Virus record (IMG/VR): IMGVR_UViG_3300009159_008968
Coordinates: 32,001-96,000 of that record
Source: a virus
Strand: one strand, 5' to 3'
Length of the DNA: 64,000 nt
The notes below the pieces were generated by a model that made no database searches, was not told the DNA's origin, and saw nothing but the letters and a program-made list of their open reading frames with translations. The stretch's first letter is position 1, and every line of letters starts with the position of its first letter. Positions 58,078-64,000 of this stretch are shown in pieces. The position numbers and the translations under genes were made by a program.

Positions 58078-59673
58078 ATGTCTGAATTATTAAACAGTGG
58101 ACAAGTCGGTATGACCGTACTCCGTAACTTGTCTGAACAAAGAAAACAAATCATCAAAAACTGGGATAACTCTGGTTTACTTGAAGGTTTGAACGGTAAC
58201 AAAAAAGCTAATATTGCTCAATTATTAGAGAACCAAGCGTCTCATATGCTTAATGAGGTAACTCTTGATAGTTCTGCTGGTCGTTTCGACACTGTAGCGT
58301 TTCCAATGGTAAGACGTATCTTCTCAAGATTACTTGCTTCTGAAATCGTTTCAGTTCAACCTCTTGCATTACCTTCAGGTTTGTTATTCTACATGGATGC
58401 TGCAGTATCTTCTGATAAAGTAGCTCCTTATTCTGTGGCTAACTCTCAAAATGGTCCTACATTCCCAGCGAATAAATCAGCTTACGAAAGATTTTATGAT
58501 AACCGTGGTTATGATGCTTCTTGGGGTGTTGCTACTCAACGTGTTGGTTCTGCAATCTCTATCGGTTCTGGTTCTACTACAACTGGTTTAATTGCTACAG
58601 CTGTAACTTTAAGTTCTAATTTTGATGTGACTCTTAACCAGTCTTATACATCTTTAGTTCTTTCTGCAACTAGTGCAATTAGCTATGCTGGTACACAATT
58701 ATATGCTGCTGGTGCAACTGGTGTAACTTACTATTCTAACCTTCAAACTTATGGTGCTGAATTAGTACAAAATGGTAATCCGGGCAATGTAAACAACATC
58801 TATAACATCGTTATTGATTTACGTCCAGCTCCAACATCTACAGCTGCTTATTCTTGGATTCAATCTGCTTTAACAGCTTCGTTTACGCTTACACCAATGT
58901 TCTACACTTACAATACAATTGAAGCTAGTCCGAACATGTCAGAATTAACTCTTCGTTTCTCTTCTGTAACTGTAAACTCAATTACAAGAAAAATGAGAGC
59001 TCATTGGACTCCGGAATTAGCTCAAGATTTGGAAGCATACCATTCAATTGATGCTGAAGCTGAATTAACAGCTTTATTATCAGAAGAAGTTGCTGCTGAA
59101 ATTGACCGTGAGATCATCCGTGACCTTATCACTGGTGCCATGTTTGAAGCTCGTTGGGATTACCAAGGTCTTCGTGACAATGTTAACTTCTTCGGAACTC
59201 AAAAGGACTGGAACCAAACTTTAATCACTCGTATTAACGAAATTTCTGCTCAGATCCATAAAGCTACTCTTCGTGGTGGCGCTAACTGGGTTATCTGTTC
59301 TGCAGAAGCTGGTGCAATTTTCGATGATTTAGAGTATTTCCATGTAGATTCATCTGCATCTCCTGAGACTGAAAAGTATAACTTAGGTATGGAAAAAATC
59401 GGAAACTTAGGTAACCGTTATGTAGTGTACAAAGATCCTTATATGCCTGCTAACTTAGTATTAGTTGGACACAAAGGTAATACATTCCTTGAAGCTGGTT
59501 ACGTTTACGCTCCGTACATTCCTCTTCAATTAACTCAAACGATCTACGATCCGAATGACTTTACACCTCGTAAAGGTATCATGACTCGTTATGCGAAGAA
59601 AATGATCAATAACCGTTTCTATGGTGTTATCATCCTTGATAATCTTAACACTTATACTCAGGTATATAGCTAA
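58078..59673 (+). CDS. gp23: Major capsid protein (T4 gp23-like)
   Basis: W..SGLLEGL, IAQLLENQ, FPMVRR, VSVQPL..PSGLLFY, RKMRAHWTPELAQDL.AYHSIDAEAEL, EIDREI, GYVYAPYIPL, FTPRKGIMTRY. Confidence 0.97.
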   Translation: MSELLNSGQVGMTVLRNLSEQRKQIIKNWDNSGLLEGLNGNKKANIAQLLENQASHMLNEVTLDSSAGRFDTVAFPMVRRIFSRLLASEIVSVQPLALPSGLLFYMDAAVSSDKVAPYSVANSQNGPTFPANKSAYERFYDNRGYDASWGVATQRVGSAISIGSGSTTTGLIATAVTLSSNFDVTLNQSYTSLVLSATSAISYAGTQLYAAGATGVTYYSNLQTYGAELVQNGNPGNVNNIYNIVIDLRPAPTSTAAYSWIQSALTASFTLTPMFYTYNTIEASPNMSELTLRFSSVTVNSITRKMRAHWTPELAQDLEAYHSIDAEAELTALLSEEVAAEIDREIIRDLITGAMFEARWDYQGLRDNVNFFGTQKDWNQTLITRINEISAQIHKATLRGGANWVICSAEAGAIFDDLEYFHVDSSASPETEKYNLGMEKIGNLGNRYVVYKDPYMPANLVLVGHKGNTFLEAGYVYAPYIPLQLTQTIYDPNDFTPRKGIMTRYAKKMINNRFYGVIILDNLNTYTQVYS

Positions 59674-59693
59674 TTTTAAGATTAGTATTATTG

Positions 59694-59729
59694 AAAAGGG
59701 CGAGATTTTTCTCGCCTTTTTCTTTTTCT
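59694..59729 (+). terminator. Rho-independent terminator after the capsid gene
   Basis: AAAAGGGCGAG-loop-CTCGCCTTTT followed by a T-rich tract. Confidence 0.88.
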
Positions 59730-59745
59730 TTTATATTTATAGTAT

Positions 59746-60501
59746 ATGTCATCAAGAAACTTAAATAAAACTATTGAGTATTTAAAAAAACAAAATAAAA
59801 TTTTGTTTATTACTACTTCTACAAGATGGGATCAGAGTCAAGAACAACCTAAGTCCACTCAATTAGCTTATCATATTGCTGAAGAAGTAGGTTTGGATAA
59901 AGTTAAAGTTATTGATGCTACCAAAATCAAAATTTTTCCATGCGAAGGAAATGTTTCTAGTGTTACAGGGAACGGTTGTGGATTAAAAGATGCTTCTTTA
60001 AAAGATGAAAAAAAGAATCCAACAGGCAATCATAGATGTTGGGCTTCAATAAATCAGCCGGATGATGAATTATGGAAAATTTCTAAAAATATATTTGAGT
60101 CTGATGTTGTAGTATTTTTTGCTTCTACAAGATGGGGTCAAACGAATTCTATCTATCAAAAACTAATTGAAAGGTTAACTTGGATAGAGAATAGACACAC
60201 AACTTTAAAAGAGGATAATATTGTAAAAGACATTAAGTCTGGTTTTATAATTGTTGGTCATAATTGGAGAGCTAAAGAAGTAATAGAAGTTCAAAAAAAT
60301 GTATTAAAATTTTTTGGTTTTCAGGTGCCAAATGAATTATTCTGGGGTTATCAATACACCATGAACGTAAATGATGAAACAGAAGAGTCTTACAAAAAAA
60401 CAATACCTGCTTTTGAAAAGTTATATAATTTTATTTTGAATAAAACTGCTATTCACGAAGTAAAATTAAGTATCAAAAAGTTATTGAATTTTAAAAAATA
60501 A
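59746..60501 (+). CDS. Flavodoxin-like protein (NADPH-dependent FMN reductase / WrbA / iron-sulfur flavoprotein family)
   Basis: ILFITTS.R, KIFPCEGNVS, DVVVFFASTRWG, YQKLIERL, GFIIVGHNW. Confidence 0.8.
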   Translation: MSSRNLNKTIEYLKKQNKILFITTSTRWDQSQEQPKSTQLAYHIAEEVGLDKVKVIDATKIKIFPCEGNVSSVTGNGCGLKDASLKDEKKNPTGNHRCWASINQPDDELWKISKNIFESDVVVFFASTRWGQTNSIYQKLIERLTWIENRHTTLKEDNIVKDIKSGFIIVGHNWRAKEVIEVQKNVLKFFGFQVPNELFWGYQYTMNVNDETEESYKKTIPAFEKLYNFILNKTAIHEVKLSIKKLLNFKK

Positions 60502-60504
60502 TTA

Positions 60505-61968
60505 TTAAGATTTTAGTAGTTTATAGAAATTTGAATGTTTATTTACAAATAAAACATCAATTTGAAAAACTCTATCTTCCCATTCATGTATTTCAAAAAT
60601 ATCAAAAGGATAGAAATCTTTATTTTCCATATAATTTAAACATTGATAAAAATCCGGAGTTCCTTTGTTATATTCTTTTAATGATAATTCCATTAAAATA
60701 AATTCAATAAAATTATTTTTAAACATATTTTCAGCTCCATCAAAAATATCTAATTCAGATCCTTGTACATCTATTTTAACAAAATTGATATTTGATATTT
60801 TATTTTCTTCTAATAAACTATCAAGAGTTTGAGTTTTTAATTTTTTAATTACAGTAGTTGTTTCATTATAAACAGGTGTATTCTCAATATATAGCGAAGA
60901 TCCTGTATTTATATTAGAAAGATCTTCAGTTAGAGTATAAAAATCCTTTTCAACATCTGAATATTTCCATAACAATTTATTGAAATATCTATAATTACTT
61001 TCTTTTAAATATTGCTCGTTTATAGGATTAGCTTCAAATAGTATTATTTCAGAATAAGGAAATATATGAGTAAATGATTTAGCCCAATGACCTCTCCAAG
61101 CACCAATATCTAAAACAGTTTTAGGTTTAAATCCTTCATTTCTTATTCTGGTAAATTTATTAATCATTTTTCCATCAAAATAAGAATTGAATTTTTTTGT
61201 TTCTCCAAAAAACTCTATTAACCCTGTTCTTAATGGCCAAGGACCATTTTGATGTACAATAGATGGCAAAGATCCATTTGGGGTTGTTAATCTACCATTA
61301 TCAATATTATAATCTTTTTCAATATTAGTATTACAAAGATTAAAGAAAATATAATTCTGTCTATCTAATTGTATTTCATATTTACCTGAATAAAACATAA
61401 TTTGCCAAACTCCCTGATCAGATGCATAATTAATCTTTTTTTCTGAAATCATTTTTTCTGAATCGCCAAGAATTTTTAAAAAATTTTTAATTTCAGAAAA
61501 TATCATTCCCGAATTAAGATATGGACCAGAACCAAGATCTATTCCCATATCCCAATTATCAACTGTTACTTTTAATGGAAATTGGGTTTTTTCAGCACCA
61601 AGTAAAGTTTTTCCATTAAATTCATTTAATTTAAATAATAATTCTTCATTTGAAGAAATAATAATTGTATCAGAATAATCTAAAAATAAAATGTATTTAA
61701 AATTGTTTTTTTTAAGATATTCTTCTAGGCTCTTTTTTAGTAAAATTATTTTATAATAAATATATTCACCCATTGGGCCATAATCATTGGCATATGTTAT
61801 TTCTTTTTGTATTTCTCTTTCATAATTAAAAACTTTGTAATTGAATCCTGATTCTATCCATTGCAATTCAAAAGGAAAAAATCCATTTTTACTATCAGTA
61901 TTATAATCACCCCACCGAACAGAACAAATTAACAAATTTTCTTTTGTTATGATTTCTTGTGTATTCAT
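60505..61968 (-). CDS. Fusion of a PLOD-type glycosyltransferase domain and an FkbM-family methyltransferase
   Basis: N-half ILFLDYSDT, LLGAEK..FP, YLNSG, SDQG, I.LD...IFFNL, P.IVHQNG; C-half VLDIGAW.G, FEANP, TLDSLL, VKIDVQGSELDIFDG. Confidence 0.82.
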   Translation of the reverse strand: MNTQEIITKENLLICSVRWGDYNTDSKNGFFPFELQWIESGFNYKVFNYEREIQKEITYANDYGPMGEYIYYKIILLKKSLEEYLKKNNFKYILFLDYSDTIIISSNEELLFKLNEFNGKTLLGAEKTQFPLKVTVDNWDMGIDLGSGPYLNSGMIFSEIKNFLKILGDSEKMISEKKINYASDQGVWQIMFYSGKYEIQLDRQNYIFFNLCNTNIEKDYNIDNGRLTTPNGSLPSIVHQNGPWPLRTGLIEFFGETKKFNSYFDGKMINKFTRIRNEGFKPKTVLDIGAWRGHWAKSFTHIFPYSEIILFEANPINEQYLKESNYRYFNKLLWKYSDVEKDFYTLTEDLSNINTGSSLYIENTPVYNETTTVIKKLKTQTLDSLLEENKISNINFVKIDVQGSELDIFDGAENMFKNNFIEFILMELSLKEYNKGTPDFYQCLNYMENKDFYPFDIFEIHEWEDRVFQIDVLFVNKHSNFYKLLKS

Positions 61969-61992
61969 GTTTTACTTTAAAATCTTTATAAC

Positions 61993-62000
61993 CAAAGATA
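61993..62000 (-). promoter_or_regulatory. Bacteroidota -7 box
   Basis: TATCTTTG 24 nt upstream of ATG 61968. Confidence 0.5.
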
Positions 62001-62054
62001 GTATTTTTATTTTAAATTTAATATTTTTTAGGTTATTTATTATTAAAACCTTTT

Positions 62055-63557
62055 ATGGATAATTTATCTGAAGAACTCAATATTTTAATTAAAAATCATT
62101 TAGATTATTTAAATGAATCACTTGTAGCTGGAGAAAATGTCCAAGAAGGAGATTTTATTGTAAAAAGTAGTGATAAATCAAAATTAACTGGAGATTTCAA
62201 AAAAGATTATAACTTATTTTATAAAGTTACTGATTTTACAGAAACAGGAAACTCATTAATTATCAGTTTAGATCAACTTGATAAATGGAGAAATTCAAAT
62301 AATGTTGATAGAACTTTAATGTCAAAAGAGGTAAACCTTAAAGATTACGATGTAATTGATGTTGAAGAAGATTATGCTGATTTTCCTAAAACATATCTTG
62401 ATGAGGGTAAAGTAAAATCTTCAAGAATAAAAAGTGGTAGAAAAGTTCCGGGTAAATATCTTACAAAAGATAAAGCAGCTATGAAGGGTGAAATTGAGAG
62501 AGTTTCTAAATTAAAAGCTGATGATCCATCCGCTTATGGAAAATGGGAAGCAGATTATAAAGCAAGAAACACTAAGTCTGGAGAACCTCATAAAACAAAG
62601 AAAAGTGCTGCAACAATAGCTTATGAAAAAAAGTTTGGTAAAAAAAATGAACAAATGGAAAATTTGAATGAAGATTTTATAAATGAAGAAACAGATGCAA
62701 TGATAAAAAATAAAGCTAAAGCTTCAGGTATATCAGCATCAATATTAAGACAAGTTTATTCTAGAGGAGCTGCCGCTTGGAAAAGTGGTCATAGACCCGG
62801 AGTTTCTCAGCAACAGTGGGCAACTGGAAGAATTAATTCATTTATCACTGGAAGTGGTGGTGCAAGAAAAGCTGATGCTGATCTCTGGGTAAAAGCAAAG
62901 AAATCTAAGAAAAGAAAAAATGAATCTACAGAAGAGCAACTATTAAGAAATAAAATAAGAGAAATTCTTTATGAAGAACTAAATAAAGATCTTGAAGAAT
63001 TATATCCAATGTTAGTTGGTGAAGATGATCTTGAAGAGTTGTATCCAATGTTAGTTGGTGAAGACAATCTTGAAGAAGGATTAGGTAAATATGTAGCTGG
63101 AGCTGCCTTGGCTGCATCGTTAGCTGGTGCTCCAATGAAGAGTTCAGCTCAGACTCCCATAAAGGATTTCGCAAAAGAAAAAATTGCGATGGTACAGGAT
63201 AAGGTAGGAAATCTTTTTAATAAAAAAACAACAGCCGACTTTTCACAGAAAGGTGGAGGTGCTGAAGCAAGTATTGATAGTCTTAACAAGATGGTTGGTA
63301 AGATTGAGAAGATTGGTGACAACAGATTTCAGACCGTTGGTACGGCGACATCTGATAACCTTGATATGGCGTTGGATCTTGCAAGAAGTAACGGAATGAA
63401 CAGCATTGCGGATGGAGTCAAAGGCAAAGAGATTTCACCGGGAAAAAGAGTTTACTCTGCAAGATTGACGAACACCCAAACGAAAGACGAAAGGGTTTTT
63501 CAGAACGAAGACGGTAGTTACACCTGTTTCATCACAGTTGCCTCTTTTGTGAACTAA
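62055..63557 (+). CDS. Modular acidic/basic protein with DUF5824-like domain, LEE repeats and a C-terminal signal-peptide-like module
   Basis: VPGKYL, HKTKKS..T.AY.KKFG, SGI..SIL.QVY.RG.AAW..GHRPG..QQQWA.GR.NSF; internal GLGKYVAGAALAASLAGAPMKSSAQ; TATTTAT upstream. Confidence 0.75.
   Translation: MDNLSEELNILIKNHLDYLNESLVAGENVQEGDFIVKSSDKSKLTGDFKKDYNLFYKVTDFTETGNSLIISLDQLDKWRNSNNVDRTLMSKEVNLKDYDVIDVEEDYADFPKTYLDEGKVKSSRIKSGRKVPGKYLTKDKAAMKGEIERVSKLKADDPSAYGKWEADYKARNTKSGEPHKTKKSAATIAYEKKFGKKNEQMENLNEDFINEETDAMIKNKAKASGISASILRQVYSRGAAAWKSGHRPGVSQQQWATGRINSFITGSGGARKADADLWVKAKKSKKRKNESTEEQLLRNKIREILYEELNKDLEELYPMLVGEDDLEELYPMLVGEDNLEEGLGKYVAGAALAASLAGAPMKSSAQTPIKDFAKEKIAMVQDKVGNLFNKKTTADFSQKGGGAEASIDSLNKMVGKIEKIGDNRFQTVGTATSDNLDMALDLARSNGMNSIADGVKGKEISPGKRVYSARLTNTQTKDERVFQNEDGSYTCFITVASFVN
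62988..63065 (+). repeat. 39-bp tandem duplication (DLEELYPMLVGED twice)
   Basis: The two units differ only by synonymous changes. Confidence 0.92.
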
Positions 63558-63596
63558 TAGAATTACCGTTGCAGGCTACGATAAATTAATCAATAT

Positions 63597-63956
63597 TCAT
63601 TTTTGTGATCTTTGATTTGTATAATCTTTTCTATTCCAAGATGGCCCATTATATAGACCATTTTTTAATAAGTTGTAAAATTCTTTTTCACCATACTTTT
63701 TTAAAAGTATTTCATTACTCAACAATGCTTTTTGTATTGATTTTTCAATTTCTAACATAAGAAAATGCATTTCTTTGCCAGATATTCTACTTAACTCATT
63801 CCATGGAATTTCTCTATTTGGAGTGACTACTTTTACATCAGTGTAATCACCAATTAAAGATTGTGGAACTTTTCCCGCATGTAAATCTTCAAGTGTATTT
63901 CTAACGTGACATGCTATAAGAAGAGCCTGTAAACTATTTTTTTCTTTTTTTGTCAT
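63597..63956 (-). CDS. Hypothetical protein
   Basis: 119-aa ORF. Confidence 0.6.
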   Translation of the reverse strand: MTKKEKNSLQALLIACHVRNTLEDLHAGKVPQSLIGDYTDVKVVTPNREIPWNELSRISGKEMHFLMLEIEKSIQKALLSNEILLKKYGEKEFYNLLKNGLYNGPSWNRKDYTNQRSQK

Positions 63957-64000
63957 ATATTAATTAATTGCTAAACACATGGTTAATCCTTCTTTTTTTA

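Noticed and set aside
1757-63174. The remaining short (60-130 aa) ORF-track entries nested in or opposite larger genes
   Set aside because: They overlap well-supported CDSs, have the Phe/Leu/Ile-rich composition of AT-rich antisense frames, and show no motifs.
1-64000. tRNA, rRNA or other structured RNA genes
   Set aside because: Intergenic gaps are short and AT-rich; I saw no GTTCGA T-loop cloverleaf outside CDSs. tRNAscan-SE was not run.

Overview
AT-rich (roughly 25% GC by eye) 64 kb segment of a large T4-like tailed dsDNA phage, probably a jumbo myophage. The host is most likely Bacteroidota: TAnnTTTG promoters, A-rich start contexts with no Shine-Dalgarno, a Bacteroidota-type NrdJ and an Hc1-like protein all point that way. 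Positions 1-50.7 kb are almost all minus strand. They carry Hsp20, a UVR-domain protein, class II ribonucleotide reductase with an HNH intein, a replication module (DnaB/gp41 helicase, 5'-3' exonuclease, RecA, a minimal PolA-like polymerase), and a baseplate/tail module (1804-aa hub with GH19-like and amidase domains, gp53-like wedge protein, a 2888-aa protein of about 100 22-aa repeats, a ~2900-aa tape measure with 56-aa repeats, two gp26-like chaperones). They also carry an RlaP-like nucleotidyltransferase, two Vsr/DUF559-like endonucleases, an inverted holin, and a fractured DnaE gene: a naturally split intein flanks a free-standing endonuclease, and a second mini-intein sits in the C-half. 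Positions 50.8-64 kb are mostly plus strand: LamG and collagen-like fibre proteins, the gp21 protease, gp22-like scaffold and gp23 major capsid head module, a flavodoxin-like protein, a PLOD-type glycosyltransferase fused to an FkbM methyltransferase, and a modular acidic head-type protein with an internal signal-peptide-like segment. Three promoter classes are visible: host sigma TAnnTTTG, ECF-like TGTAAC-N16-CGT, and a recurrent TATTTAT motif. No tRNA, rRNA or CRISPR array was seen. All family assignments come from motif recognition by eye; no database search was run.
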